DNA of 64,000 nucleotides from Patescibacteria group bacterium (GTDB lineage Bacteria; Patescibacteriota; Minisyncoccia; GWC2-36-17; M10-OD1-4). This document shows, piece by piece, positions 38,540 to 49,085 of this stretch; the first letter of the stretch is position 1; every line of letters begins with the position of its first letter. Location: positions 1,339-65,338 of the forward strand of contig JBBTYT010000001.1 of NCBI GenBank assembly GCA_038061695.1. Reading direction: 5' to 3'. The notes under the pieces were generated by a model, which was given only the letters and a program-made list of their open reading frames with translations, was not told the origin of the DNA and searched no databases. Made by a program: the position numbers and the translations under genes.

Positions 38540-39769
38540 ATGAAAATAAAACAAAAACTTATCGGATCGTTTTTTTTGCTTCTTTTCTTTACTCTAGGTA
38601 TAACTAGTTATTTGCTTTATAAAAATTCAGTTAATAATTCTATCAACCTTGTATATGCAACAATGCATCAGGATATTAAGCAGAGAGCTCTTCGCATTGA
38701 AAATTTTCAAGATAGGGCAAAGAGCGATCTATTACTAGCTCTTAATTATCCGCTTTTTATAGAATATTTTGAGCTTCCAGAAACTAAAGCAGGAAATGTT
38801 TATGTGGATGGGATTATACAGTTTACCCCTAATCAACGTGAGATTAAAAATAAGCTTGATGTATGGATCAAGTTTTTTCAGAATCGATTTTCTGTTGATG
38901 AAACTTGCCTTATTGATGGATCTGGACAGGAGCATACGCGACTTACTTCAGGTATAATAGCGCCAGACGATGATTTTTCGAGTGAAGAAGATGGCGCGTC
39001 GTTTTTTGCGCCTAGTATGGCAAAATCAAAAGGAGAGGTACATATAGAGTATCCATATATGTCTCCAGATTCTAATAGGTGGGTATTCGCATATACTTCA
39101 CCAATCGTATTATCTGATGGATCAAAACCTTCGTTTTTTCACTTTGAGTTACCTATGTTATTTTTTCAAAAAACATCACTTGAACGCGCTCCTGAAAAAA
39201 CACGTATAATAGTACTTGATCCGGCAAAGGGTCTCATCCTTGCAGATACCGCGCAGAATATAGAGACAGGCGTTAAGGAATTGGGAGATATTGAAAAGTC
39301 GTTGATGACAAATTATTTTCCATCAATTAATACTATCTCGACAGGCGTAAACTTTAATACAGCTATAGCAGATATGAAAGCTGGAAAAGAAGGAAGTATA
39401 AATATTACAATGATAAATGGAGAAGAGAAGCTACTGGCATACGGTCCACTTACTACATTTGGTTGGTCTGTTTTAGAAATAAGAGATAGTGGAGAGAGTG
39501 GGGTGGCTGGAGTGTTCGGTGGTTCTATGCTGATTATTCTTATCACTGTCTTTCTTCTTGACCTTATTATTATCATCATCGTAACAAGAGCAATTGTACG
39601 ACCGATAGAAAGCTTAACTGAGAGCGCAAGTAAAATATCAAGAGGAGAAGCGAATGTTATGATACCAGAAATAAAAACTAAAGATGAGATTCACGATCTT
39701 GCAGAGGCAATGAAAGGTGTTCTTGCCGCTGTAGAATTTTTACGTGATGAAATTGATAAGAAAAAATAA
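38540..39769 (+). CDS. membrane sensor, TM-Cache-like-TM-HAMP, no output domain
   Basis: two TMs, PYMSPD...FAYTSPI Cache-like motif, IVRPIESL...DEIHDLAEAM HAMP at the C-terminus. Confidence 0.8.
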   Translation: MKIKQKLIGSFFLLLFFTLGITSYLLYKNSVNNSINLVYATMHQDIKQRALRIENFQDRAKSDLLLALNYPLFIEYFELPETKAGNVYVDGIIQFTPNQREIKNKLDVWIKFFQNRFSVDETCLIDGSGQEHTRLTSGIIAPDDDFSSEEDGASFFAPSMAKSKGEVHIEYPYMSPDSNRWVFAYTSPIVLSDGSKPSFFHFELPMLFFQKTSLERAPEKTRIIVLDPAKGLILADTAQNIETGVKELGDIEKSLMTNYFPSINTISTGVNFNTAIADMKAGKEGSINITMINGEEKLLAYGPLTTFGWSVLEIRDSGESGVAGVFGGSMLIILITVFLLDLIIIIIVTRAIVRPIESLTESASKISRGEANVMIPEIKTKDEIHDLAEAMKGVLAAVEFLRDEIDKKK

Positions 39770-39771
39770 AA

Positions 39772-39954
39772 TTGGGAAAGATATTGTTACAATATTATGA
39801 AATAGTAAAAGAGAGAGATGGGCTAAACTCTCAGGTTAAATTAGCTATGTTAACTAGGATTTCGTCAAAGAAAGCTGAAGTGATTGAGGATTCTCCAGAG
39901 AATATTGCGTTATTTGAAGATGCGATGAAAAAGATATTTGATGACAAAGATTAA
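39772..39954 (+). CDS. small hypothetical protein (60 aa) adjacent to HAMP sensor
   Basis: TTG start 2 nt after the sensor stop; terminator follows. Confidence 0.6.
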   Translation: MGKILLQYYEIVKERDGLNSQVKLAMLTRISSKKAEVIEDSPENIALFEDAMKKIFDDKD

Positions 39955-39972
39955 GCGTGATGATTATAAAAA

Positions 39973-40009
39973 ACAACAGGCATCTATCTTAATGGTAGAT
40001 GCCTGTTGT
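39973..40009 (+). terminator. terminator-like hairpin
   Basis: acaacaggcatctatc/ggtagatgcctgttgt. Confidence 0.65.
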
Positions 40010-40133
40010 CAGCATTGATAGTTTTACAATAATGGTTAGGTTTGGATTAATATATCATAAAAATTTTTTGACATATTAAATTTATGTTGATATAGTAAGT
40101 CAATTAATTATAGAGGTAAATATTAATTTTTTT

Positions 40134-42866
40134 ATGAAATCAAGAAGGTTGTTTTTTATAGGCGCATTTTTTATCTTATTTGTCGTTTTTCCTAGCGTAG
40201 TAACACTTACAATAGATTGGTGGTGGTTTTCTGAAGTAGGTTATAGTAATATTTTTATTAAATCATTAGCTACTAAAATTCTATTATTTTTTTCAGTTTT
40301 TGTTTTTGTCGCTAGCTTCTTATTTACAAATCTCTACTTGGCGATTCGTTCAAAATCTCCTTGGGTAGCAAGTTTGCCGGAAATGTTAATTGGACGTTCT
40401 ATAAATCTTGATAATAGAGTTATCAAGAAATTAGCTATTACTGCAAGTCTTGTCATCGCGCTTTTTTTTGGATTTTCTGCAGTTGCTAATTGGCAAGAAA
40501 TTTTAAGATTTTATTCAGCTACGTCTTTTGGCGTAGTGGATCCAATTTTTGGAAAGGATGTAGCTTTTTATATTTTTTCTCTTCCTATATTTCAATTTAC
40601 TCTTGGTATCGTAAAGATGTTAATTGTTTTAACATTAATTATTTGTGCGTTTATATATGTTTTACGTGGTTCTCTTCGTTTTCCAGCGTTATCAGCACAA
40701 CGCGGGTTGCAATCTTTAAGGAATATAGAGATAGATCCTTCAACACGTCTTCATCTTGGTATTTTGTTAACTATTTTCTTGGCAACTATTGCCATCGGTA
40801 TATATCTCTCTTTATTTTCTCTGCTTACGAGTCAGAGTGGTCTTATCTTTGGCGCAACATATACAGATGCAACGATAAGAATACCATTATTATGGATATC
40901 TTTCGGCGTTGTTTTGTTCGCAGTAGCATCTCTATTTATATGGATATGGAGGGGAAGTTTGGCGTTGTTCGCAGGATCAATTTTTCTTTATATTTTAGTA
41001 GGAATAGCTTCCGTGATCATCCCATCTTTAGTTCAAAAATTATCTGTCACTCCAAATGAAATAGTGAAAGAAACGCCGTTTATTAAAAATAATATAGATG
41101 CTACTCGTCAGGCATTTGCTCTTAACGAGATAGAGGAAAGGGAGATTTCAGTGGATAAGCCAATAACTTCTGCTGATATAACTGCTAATAATCTTACCAT
41201 TAAGAATGTTAGGCTTTGGGATAGAAATCCTCTTTTATCAACATTTTCACAAATACAAGAGATAAGGACTTATTATGAATTTGTTGAAGTTGATGACGAT
41301 CGTTATATTATTGACGGAGAGATTCGTCAAGTTATGCTTTCTCTGCGTGAGTTGGCATCGGCTTCTTTACCGAATAGAAATTGGATTAACGAGCGTCTTA
41401 CATTTACTCACGGCTATGGCGTAGCGGCAGGACCTGTTAACCAAGTTACGCCAGAAGGATTACCAGTTTTATTTGTTAAAGATTTACCACCAAAGTCAGA
41501 TGTAAAGGAGCTTGAGATTTCTCGTCCCGAAATTTATTTTTCTGAACTTTCAAATGATTACATTATAACAAACACAAAATCACGCGAGTTTAATTATCCA
41601 AAAGGCGAAGAAAATGTTTACTCAGATTATGAGGGTAGCGGTGGCGTTGAGATTAATTCATTTTTGAAGCGTATATTTTATGCATTTAAGTTTAAATCAC
41701 TCGCATTGCTTTTATCAAACGACATTACTAGGGAAAGTCGTATTATTTACTTAAGAAATATATCTGATAGAGTTGCTAAGATTGCGCCATTTTTAACATT
41801 TGATAAAGATCCATATAGTGTTATTGCTGATGGTAAATTATATTGGATCGCTGATGCTTACACAACAAGTGATAGGTATCCTTATTCTCAACCATTAAAA
41901 TTAAATGGTAAAAATATAAATTACATCAGAAATTCTGTAAAGGCGGTAGTTGATGCATATAATGGAAAAATAACATTTTATCAAGCGGATGCAAAAGACC
42001 CGATTTTACAAACATATGCAAAGATTTTTCCAGGAACATTCAAGCCAATCTCAGAAATGCCAAAAAGCTTAATTTCTCATATTCGTTATCCTCAAGATAT
42101 ATTTACATTACAGACAAATATGTACTCTATTTATCATATGGATGATCCGCAGGCATTTTATAATAAAGAGGATCAATGGGAGGTTCCAATAATTACAGTG
42201 GATGGAGATGGTGTGTCTAAAGATAGATCTCCGCAGATGCAACCAAGGCATATTATTATGAGGTTGCCAGAAGAGAAAAAAGAAGAATATATTTTGATGT
42301 TGCCATTTACGCCGCGCGCAAAAGATAATCTTTCGGCTTGGATAGTTGCTCGTAATGATGGAGAAAATTACGGCAATCTTATAGTTTATCGTTTTCCTAA
42401 AGATAAGTTAATTTTTGGACCAAAGCAGATTATTGGTAGAATCAATCAAGACCCCGAGATTTCCCAACAGCTTTCTTTATGGAATCAGGGCGGTTCGCAA
42501 GTTATTCAAGGGCCATTACTAGTAATCCCAATAGAGGAATCATTGCTTTATGTGCGTTCTCTTTTTCTTAAGGCTGAGAATGGTAAAATTCCTGAATTAA
42601 AACGTGTTATTGTGGCATATGAGAATAAAATTGCGATGAAAGAGACATTAGAGGAGGGACTCGCAGTAATTTTTGGCAATAGTCCTACGATGAAATTAAA
42701 AGATAATAAAATTGCAAAACAGAAAATTACTATAACAGAAAATACGACTGAGCGTATAAAAAAAGCATTAAGTGCTTATGAGGAGTCATTGCGTGCTCAG
42801 AGAGATGGTGATTGGACACGCTATGGTGACGCAATTAAACGCTTAGGTGAAATATTAAAGCAATAA
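40134..42866 (+). CDS. UPF0182 family membrane protein
   Basis: DWWWFSEVGY, DPIFGKDVAFYIF, NVRLWD, THGYG, NYIRNSVK. Confidence 0.92.
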   Translation: MKSRRLFFIGAFFILFVVFPSVVTLTIDWWWFSEVGYSNIFIKSLATKILLFFSVFVFVASFLFTNLYLAIRSKSPWVASLPEMLIGRSINLDNRVIKKLAITASLVIALFFGFSAVANWQEILRFYSATSFGVVDPIFGKDVAFYIFSLPIFQFTLGIVKMLIVLTLIICAFIYVLRGSLRFPALSAQRGLQSLRNIEIDPSTRLHLGILLTIFLATIAIGIYLSLFSLLTSQSGLIFGATYTDATIRIPLLWISFGVVLFAVASLFIWIWRGSLALFAGSIFLYILVGIASVIIPSLVQKLSVTPNEIVKETPFIKNNIDATRQAFALNEIEEREISVDKPITSADITANNLTIKNVRLWDRNPLLSTFSQIQEIRTYYEFVEVDDDRYIIDGEIRQVMLSLRELASASLPNRNWINERLTFTHGYGVAAGPVNQVTPEGLPVLFVKDLPPKSDVKELEISRPEIYFSELSNDYIITNTKSREFNYPKGEENVYSDYEGSGGVEINSFLKRIFYAFKFKSLALLLSNDITRESRIIYLRNISDRVAKIAPFLTFDKDPYSVIADGKLYWIADAYTTSDRYPYSQPLKLNGKNINYIRNSVKAVVDAYNGKITFYQADAKDPILQTYAKIFPGTFKPISEMPKSLISHIRYPQDIFTLQTNMYSIYHMDDPQAFYNKEDQWEVPIITVDGDGVSKDRSPQMQPRHIIMRLPEEKKEEYILMLPFTPRAKDNLSAWIVARNDGENYGNLIVYRFPKDKLIFGPKQIIGRINQDPEISQQLSLWNQGGSQVIQGPLLVIPIEESLLYVRSLFLKAENGKIPELKRVIVAYENKIAMKETLEEGLAVIFGNSPTMKLKDNKIAKQKITITENTTERIKKALSAYEESLRAQRDGDWTRYGDAIKRLGEILKQ

Positions 42867-42913
42867 ATATCTTACCATATACAAAGGAGGTTTTTAATTA
42901 AAATTTTAAAATT

Positions 42914-43807
42914 ATGAAGATAGGATATATAGGATTAGGAAAAATGGGTGAAGGTATGGTATTGAGGCTTTTGGAAAAAGGCTGGGATGTTGTTGCTTAT
43001 AATAGGAGTAAAGATCCGATAAAAGAGGTGGAAAAAAATGGTGCTGTTGGAGCATATTCATTAAGAGAGCTAGTGGATAAGTTGGAAACGCCAAGAGTTA
43101 TTTGGTTAATGGTTTCACATCAAGCCGTTGACGCTGTCCTAGAAGAGCTTGTGCCTTTGCTTTCTGATGGTGATGTTCTGATAGATGGTGGAAATTCAAA
43201 TTATAAGGAAACTTTAAAAAGATCAAAGGAGTTAAAAGAAAAAAATATCCACTTTTTAGATGCTGGCACAAGCGGTGGTCCAAGAGGAGCGAGAAATGGC
43301 GCTTGTGTGATGGTTGGCGGTGAAAGAGATTTATTTGATAGATATGAGAAGCTTTTTACAGATATATCTGCGGATAAGGCATATGGATATATGGGTCGCT
43401 CAGGATCAGGTCATTTTGTGAAGATGGTACATAATGGCATTGAATATGGGATGATGCAGGCTCTTGGAGAAGGATTCGAAGTTTTAAAAAAATCGGAATT
43501 TAATTTGAATCTTACAGAGGTTGTAAAGATATATAATAATAAAAGTGTAATAGAATCACGTCTTACAAACTGGCTTCAAAGCGCCTTTCAAAAACATAGT
43601 GAGGATTTAAATGGTATTTCAGGCAAGGTTTCTCATAGCGGGGAAGGTCTTTGGACTGTTGAGGCGGCAAATGAGCTTGGTGTGCCATTACCTATTATAG
43701 AGGGTTCGCTTAAATTCAGGGAAGAGTCGCAAAATAATCCTAGCTACACAGGTCAAGTTCTTTCCGCTTTGAGGAATGAATTTGGAGGACACGATGTTAA
43801 AAACTAA
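42914..43807 (+). CDS. gnd: 6-phosphogluconate dehydrogenase (decarboxylating, short type)
   Basis: GLGKMG, DGGNS, GHFVKMVHNGIEYG, RNEFGGH. Confidence 0.95.
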   Translation: MKIGYIGLGKMGEGMVLRLLEKGWDVVAYNRSKDPIKEVEKNGAVGAYSLRELVDKLETPRVIWLMVSHQAVDAVLEELVPLLSDGDVLIDGGNSNYKETLKRSKELKEKNIHFLDAGTSGGPRGARNGACVMVGGERDLFDRYEKLFTDISADKAYGYMGRSGSGHFVKMVHNGIEYGMMQALGEGFEVLKKSEFNLNLTEVVKIYNNKSVIESRLTNWLQSAFQKHSEDLNGISGKVSHSGEGLWTVEAANELGVPLPIIEGSLKFREESQNNPSYTGQVLSALRNEFGGHDVKN

Positions 43808-44551
43808 ATGATTGATATAAAAGTGTACGAGAGTAAAAAAGATGCACTAAACAATATATCTGATGATATAAATAAAAAGATATCAGAATTCAAAAAAAGT
43901 AATACGCCTTTATTATTTTTAATATCAGGCGGTTCGGTTCTTGAAATTTTAGATTATATAAAAAAAGATTTTTTAGGAGATTTTATGACAATTTCTGTTT
44001 TAGATGAGAGGTTTGATATTACTAATAAAAATAATAATTTTACTCAGCTTTCAGAAAGAGTGATTTATAAAGCGATGGTTTTTGCAGGAGTCAATTTTAT
44101 AGATACAAGCGTAAAGTATGGTCAAACAAAAGAAGAGTTGGCTGATTTTTTTGAAGAAGAGCTTAAGAGCTGGAACGGAAAAAAAATAAATGGTAGAATA
44201 ATAGCAATATTTGGCGTCGGTATTGATGGACATACATCTGGCATTATGCCTTTTTTCAAAGATGAGAAAAAGTTTCTGGAATTATTTGAAGGTGATAGAT
44301 GGGTTATTAGTTATGATGCGTCAGGGAAAAATCAATATTCAGAAAGAGTAACAACGACAAATACTTTTTTACGCCGTATAGATGAAGCCTTTGTATTTGT
44401 AATTGGAGAAGAAAAAAAGATGGCATTAGAAAATATGCAAAAAAATGGAAGTGTAGCGGAAGTTCCAGCGAGAATTTTAGCTGAAATTAACGCCAAGGTT
44501 TATACAAATATACTATTTAAAAACTTTGAAATTACGAAAGAGAAAGATTAA
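43808..44551 (+). CDS. pgl: 6-phosphogluconolactonase-like protein
   Basis: ISGGS, LDERF, GVGIDGHTSG; next to gnd. Confidence 0.7.
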   Translation: MIDIKVYESKKDALNNISDDINKKISEFKKSNTPLLFLISGGSVLEILDYIKKDFLGDFMTISVLDERFDITNKNNNFTQLSERVIYKAMVFAGVNFIDTSVKYGQTKEELADFFEEELKSWNGKKINGRIIAIFGVGIDGHTSGIMPFFKDEKKFLELFEGDRWVISYDASGKNQYSERVTTTNTFLRRIDEAFVFVIGEEKKMALENMQKNGSVAEVPARILAEINAKVYTNILFKNFEITKEKD

Positions 44552-44649
44552 GGTTTTCTTACGTGTGCTCACGCTAATCTGCCGACCAGTAGATTAGCTG
44601 CGCTTACCGTTAACACTTCAGAAAACCTTAATCTTTCTCTTTCGTAATT
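44530..44649. repeat. 120-bp palindromic element with perfect 30-bp terminal IRs
   Basis: aattacgaaagagaaagattaaggttttct (44530-44559) is the reverse complement of 44620-44649; inner hairpin gctaatct/agattagc. Confidence 0.9.
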
Positions 44650-44665
44650 CGAAATTAAAAAAAAG

Positions 44666-45982
44666 ATGATGCAATTTTTTTATAAAAAAATATCTCAAAT
44701 AGAAGAAGGTGATACTATAGCGGTAACTTCTACTTTAAAAGATTATATTAAGCGCTTAAATGAAATTGCAAAAAGCGGGAATTATGAATCTCCGGAAGCA
44801 TCAATTAATTTAGCATTTGATGATGAGCTTATAAATAAGTCAGTAGAATTGGCAAGAATTAAAAAAAACGACAGATTAAAATATATAGTAATTGTCGGCA
44901 TAGGAGGTTCTAATCTCGGCACGATGGCTGTTTATGAGGCTATTTTTGGCAATTTAGCCGTAGTTTTAAATAATCAAAAGCCAAAGATGATATTTTTGGA
45001 TACGAATAATCCAAAAGATATTTTAGATGTGAAGCATATTTTAGCTGACATAAAAGATAGAGATGAAATACTAATAAATTTAATCAGTAAGTCTGGAGGA
45101 ACAACAGAAACAGTTGCGAATTTCGAGGTTTTATATGATTTTCTAAAAGGTAAAATTGATAATTTTGATGAAAGAGTTGTTGTAACAACGGATTTTGAGT
45201 CAAAGCTTTGGATTTCTGCAAAGAATAAAGGATTTTCTCTTTTGGAGATTCCAAAAAATGTAGGCGGAAGATATTCTCTCTTTTCTGCTGTTGGTATTTT
45301 CCCGTTAGCTTTGATTGGGATTGATATTAAGAATATTCTTGAGGGAGCGAAGAATATGAGAGATATATGTTTAAATAATGATATAGAAAAAAACCCAGCT
45401 CTCTTATCAGCTATTTTAATTTTTTTACATAATAAGAAAGGTATAAATATAAATAATTCTTTCTTTTTTCACTCACAACTTGAATCGGTTGGCAGGTGGT
45501 ATAGGCAACTTTTAGGGGAGTCTATAGGTAAGCAAAATAATAAGAATGGTGAAGAAGTAAGGGTTGGAATAACACCAATAGTATCTATAGGTTCGACAGA
45601 CCTTCATTCTATGGCTCAGCTTTTTTTGGGCGGTCCAAAAGATAAATTTACAACATTTATAAATACACAATCTCATAAAAGTGGTGTAAGTATGCCAAAT
45701 AAGCTTGAACTTGGTGAGCTTGTAGAAGATATAGCAGGAAGAGATTTTTCAGATATAATGGACGCAATATATAAAGGAGTAAAAGAGGCTTATATTCAAA
45801 ATAAAATGCCTTTTATGGAGGTGATTATAGATGATATTAATGAGAAAGAGTTGGGCGGATTTTTACAATTTAAGATGATGGAGATAATCTTTTTGGCGGA
45901 ACTTTTAAATGTAAACGCCTTTGATCAGCCTAATGTAGAGGATTATAAAAAAGAGACAAGGAAGATATTAAAAATTATATAG
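44666..45982 (+). CDS. pgi: glucose-6-phosphate isomerase
   Basis: GIGGSNLG, SKSGGTTET, VGGRYS, QLLGESIGK, AFDQPNVEDYK. Confidence 0.95.
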   Translation: MMQFFYKKISQIEEGDTIAVTSTLKDYIKRLNEIAKSGNYESPEASINLAFDDELINKSVELARIKKNDRLKYIVIVGIGGSNLGTMAVYEAIFGNLAVVLNNQKPKMIFLDTNNPKDILDVKHILADIKDRDEILINLISKSGGTTETVANFEVLYDFLKGKIDNFDERVVVTTDFESKLWISAKNKGFSLLEIPKNVGGRYSLFSAVGIFPLALIGIDIKNILEGAKNMRDICLNNDIEKNPALLSAILIFLHNKKGININNSFFFHSQLESVGRWYRQLLGESIGKQNNKNGEEVRVGITPIVSIGSTDLHSMAQLFLGGPKDKFTTFINTQSHKSGVSMPNKLELGELVEDIAGRDFSDIMDAIYKGVKEAYIQNKMPFMEVIIDDINEKELGGFLQFKMMEIIFLAELLNVNAFDQPNVEDYKKETRKILKII

Positions 45983-46068
45983 CATTGATTTTTTTGTATA
46001 AATCTGTTATAATCTATGAAATTAATGTATAACATAGTTCTTTGAATTCATAATTAGGAGGGTTAAAT

Positions 46069-46332
46069 ATGATATTAAAGAATAATCAAGCAGGGAGCTA
46101 TGTTGTTGAGCTCGATGCTTACGAAGGTGTAGTTAGGGGAGCTAAGGTGTTATTCATAGCTTCTAACGAAAAGGTCGTCGTAAGAAATATCTCTAGTGTT
46201 GATAACGAGGTATTTATTATGGTTGATACTCCTAAGAAATTCTGGAGGGATTGTCATAAGAATCTTGGGCAGTCTTTTGAACCACCAGAAATTGTGAAGG
46301 TTCGCAAGAGCGATATTTATGTTCTTGTGTAA
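46069..46332 (+). CDS. hypothetical protein
   Basis: AGGAGG SD, own terminator at about 46345-46384. Confidence 0.55.
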   Translation: MILKNNQAGSYVVELDAYEGVVRGAKVLFIASNEKVVVRNISSVDNEVFIMVDTPKKFWRDCHKNLGQSFEPPEIVKVRKSDIYVLV

Positions 46333-46490
46333 TTAAACCCATAGACCCGCGGAAGCTAAAAAAGCTGAAGCGGGTTTTTTATTTGCACTCTGTTTTAGCG
46401 CATTATGTTGTGGATTAAATTTAGTTGGTGATATGTATATTTATTGATATAATGTTATTATGCATTAATAATAATTAATTTTTTAAAAAA

Positions 46491-46835
46491 ATGATGAGAA
46501 AGAAGTTTGAGTCTAATATTAAATTAGACAGGTCTATTTTTACAAATGCTCTTATATTAACTTTATTAGTAGGGTTGATTTTTTTTGCATATATTTTTGG
46601 TTCTTCTAATGGATATGTAAAAGGTAAGAAGATTGGAATATCAGAAGGAAAAGAGACTGGGCAAATTGAACTTTTGCAAGCGCAGAGAAAGTCTGCTGAA
46701 GATGCTATTATGGCAGCTCAGAATAGACTCAAAGAAGGACAGGATGCTTCTGCTCCAAAGGATATAAAAAATCCAATAGAGGATACACTTTCTCAGCCAT
46801 TTGGAACACCACTTGTAAATCCACTTAATAATTAA
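46491..46835 (+). CDS. small membrane-anchored protein
   Basis: TM, GxxxG repeats, NP-rich tail. Confidence 0.6.
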   Translation: MMRKKFESNIKLDRSIFTNALILTLLVGLIFFAYIFGSSNGYVKGKKIGISEGKETGQIELLQAQRKSAEDAIMAAQNRLKEGQDASAPKDIKNPIEDTLSQPFGTPLVNPLNN

Positions 46836-46866
46836 TATATTAATTAGTAATTTAAGTTAATAAAAT

Positions 46867-47163
46867 ATGACAAAAACATTCTATATAGTTTTGTTTCTTC
46901 TTATTTTGATAGCGGGCGGAATTTGTTCTGGGTATTGGTATGGAAGTTCTACTGGTTTTGATTATGGTAAATCAATCGGCATAATAGAAGGAATTGAAAC
47001 AGGTAAGGTGCTAGGAAGATCAGCTGTTTTAAAGGAGCAAAGCAGTGCGGCTGAAAAAGCTTCAAAGGAAGCGCAAGATAAAGTTCTTAAAGATATTAAT
47101 CCATTTAACGCAGAAGAAATTAATCCTTTTTCCAATAGCTATACAAATCCTTTTGCTCAATAG
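46867..47163 (+). CDS. small membrane-anchored protein, paralogue of preceding gene
   Basis: TM, GSSxG...GIETG, NPF repeats. Confidence 0.6.
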   Translation: MTKTFYIVLFLLILIAGGICSGYWYGSSTGFDYGKSIGIIEGIETGKVLGRSAVLKEQSSAAEKASKEAQDKVLKDINPFNAEEINPFSNSYTNPFAQ

Positions 47164-47193
47164 AGAGTTAAAATATTTTGTAAAATTAAAATA

Positions 47194-49083
47194 ATGAAAA
47201 GAAATATATTTAAAGTAATATTTATTCTTCCTTTGTTTGTGTTTGCAATTTCTTTTTTTGCAAATGCGCAGAATCCATTCGATATTGAATTTCCTATTAA
47301 AGAGCTTGGAAGTTGCTCTTCTATAAGCGAATGTAAGTCTTATTGTGATCAAGCTGATAATGCTATAGCGTGTATGAGTTTCGCTGAGAAAAACGGAATT
47401 GTTAAAAAGCAAGAAGATAGGTCTAGTAGAGCGGACGAAGTTCTAAAAGATAGAGCTGGTCCAGGCGGATGCGTTGGCAGAGTAGCTTGCGATGCTTTTT
47501 GTAGTGAGCCAGAAAATAGAGAAATCTGTTTCTCTTTTGCAAAAGAGAATGGTTTAATATCAAAAGATAAGATAGAAAAGATTGAAAAAGAGATGGAATC
47601 AAATAGTGGTCCAGGTGGTTGTAGTTCGCGTCAGCAGTGTGATACTTTTTGTAAAAATCCTGATAATATTCAAATTTGTTTAGATTTTGCCGTAAGCAAT
47701 GGGCATATTGATCAAGAAGAAGCGAGTCTTTTAATTGAAAGGATGAGCAGAGGTAAAGATTTCAGAATAAATAATCAAGGGTCACGAGGTGAATTTAAGG
47801 GTGAAGTGGTAGGCTTGGAGGTAGGCTTGGAGCCTGAGATAGATAAGAAAAAAGCTGAGGAGGTTTTAGCTAAAAATGGCGGACCAGGCGGATGTTTGAC
47901 CATGCTGGAATGTGAAGCTTTTTGCAGTAATGCTGACAATGGGAATATATGTCTTGATTTTGCAATTTCAAATAACTTAATACCAAAAGAGAAAGCAGAG
48001 AAGATGAAAGAGATGATGAATAAATCCGGACCAGGCGGATGTAAGGGAATTGAGTGTAAGGTCTATTGCGAGAATCCTGAAAATGCAGAGGCTTGTTTTA
48101 ATTTTGCAAAAGAGAATGGTTTGTTACATAAAGATGATATAAGACAGTTTGAGAGAGGAAAGGATATTATAAAGAGAATTGAGGGGCGAGGAGGTCCAGG
48201 AGATTGTAGGAGTGAGAAGGAGTGTAGAGCATATTGCCAAGATTCAGTAAATATTGATGAATGTGCTGCTTTCTCTGTTAGTGTGGGATTTATAGATGAA
48301 GATGAAGTTAAAAAATCTTTTGAAGAATTTGAATCTATTAAAGATATGCGAAATAATTTTTCTAATCAGGACTTTCAGGGGGATATGCAAAATCGTCTTA
48401 TAAGAGAAGGTAATTTTACCGGTCAGGGAAAAATGCAAGGAGATTTTAATCCTGAAGGTATGATGCAACAAGGCTTTGATAGGTTTGAAAAGTTTAGAGA
48501 TGAGTTTAAAAAGCATGAAGATTTTTGTTTAAAGCCAGAAAATTCTGAATCATGTAAAAAATTTGAACAGCCTAATATTAATCAAAATGAGTTTACGCCA
48601 AATGATAGAGCACTTGAAATGATGAGATACAAAGAGAATCAAAAAGATATGCCAAGGGATAATACAAATCAAGATCAATTAGATCGCAAAGATTTTAATC
48701 CTCAGAACGATGATGCTAGGAAATTTATACCTAGAGATGATCAGAGAATGGGCGATTTTAATTCTCAAGGTATCCCAAGTGGTCAAATGCCTGGAGCACC
48801 AGAAGGATTTAAACAACCAGAAGGTTTTGTTCCACCTGCAGGCTTTGACCCATCTCAGATGCCAAGAGACTTTAATCTTCAAGGTATTCCAAGTGGTCAA
48901 ATACCTATCGGATCGGAAGGATTTACTCCTCCGGCAGGCTTTGATCCATCTCAGATGCAAAGCGGATCAGAAAGTTTTAAATATCCGGAAGGATTTGTTC
49001 CTCAAATAATTCCACAGTCAATGAATAGATCAATAAATATACTTGCGAATCCACTTGATTTATTGTTTAATCTCTTAAAATAA
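47194..49083 (+). CDS. secreted Cys-rich repeat protein with low-complexity P/G/Q tail
   Basis: about 6 GPGGCxxxxxCxx(F/Y)CxxPxNxxxC repeats; duplicated GIPSGQ...PPAGFDPSQM units. Confidence 0.75.
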   Translation: MKRNIFKVIFILPLFVFAISFFANAQNPFDIEFPIKELGSCSSISECKSYCDQADNAIACMSFAEKNGIVKKQEDRSSRADEVLKDRAGPGGCVGRVACDAFCSEPENREICFSFAKENGLISKDKIEKIEKEMESNSGPGGCSSRQQCDTFCKNPDNIQICLDFAVSNGHIDQEEASLLIERMSRGKDFRINNQGSRGEFKGEVVGLEVGLEPEIDKKKAEEVLAKNGGPGGCLTMLECEAFCSNADNGNICLDFAISNNLIPKEKAEKMKEMMNKSGPGGCKGIECKVYCENPENAEACFNFAKENGLLHKDDIRQFERGKDIIKRIEGRGGPGDCRSEKECRAYCQDSVNIDECAAFSVSVGFIDEDEVKKSFEEFESIKDMRNNFSNQDFQGDMQNRLIREGNFTGQGKMQGDFNPEGMMQQGFDRFEKFRDEFKKHEDFCLKPENSESCKKFEQPNINQNEFTPNDRALEMMRYKENQKDMPRDNTNQDQLDRKDFNPQNDDARKFIPRDDQRMGDFNSQGIPSGQMPGAPEGFKQPEGFVPPAGFDPSQMPRDFNLQGIPSGQIPIGSEGFTPPAGFDPSQMQSGSESFKYPEGFVPQIIPQSMNRSINILANPLDLLFNLLK

Positions 49084-49085
49084 AT

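Noticed and set aside
40490-41059. 189-aa alternative-frame ORF inside UPF0182, and similar nested ORFs elsewhere
   Set aside because: Fully overlaps well-supported genes; no recognisable motifs
47808-47832. 12-bp tandem duplication (VGLE VGLE)
   Set aside because: In-frame slippage in a linker; no further structure
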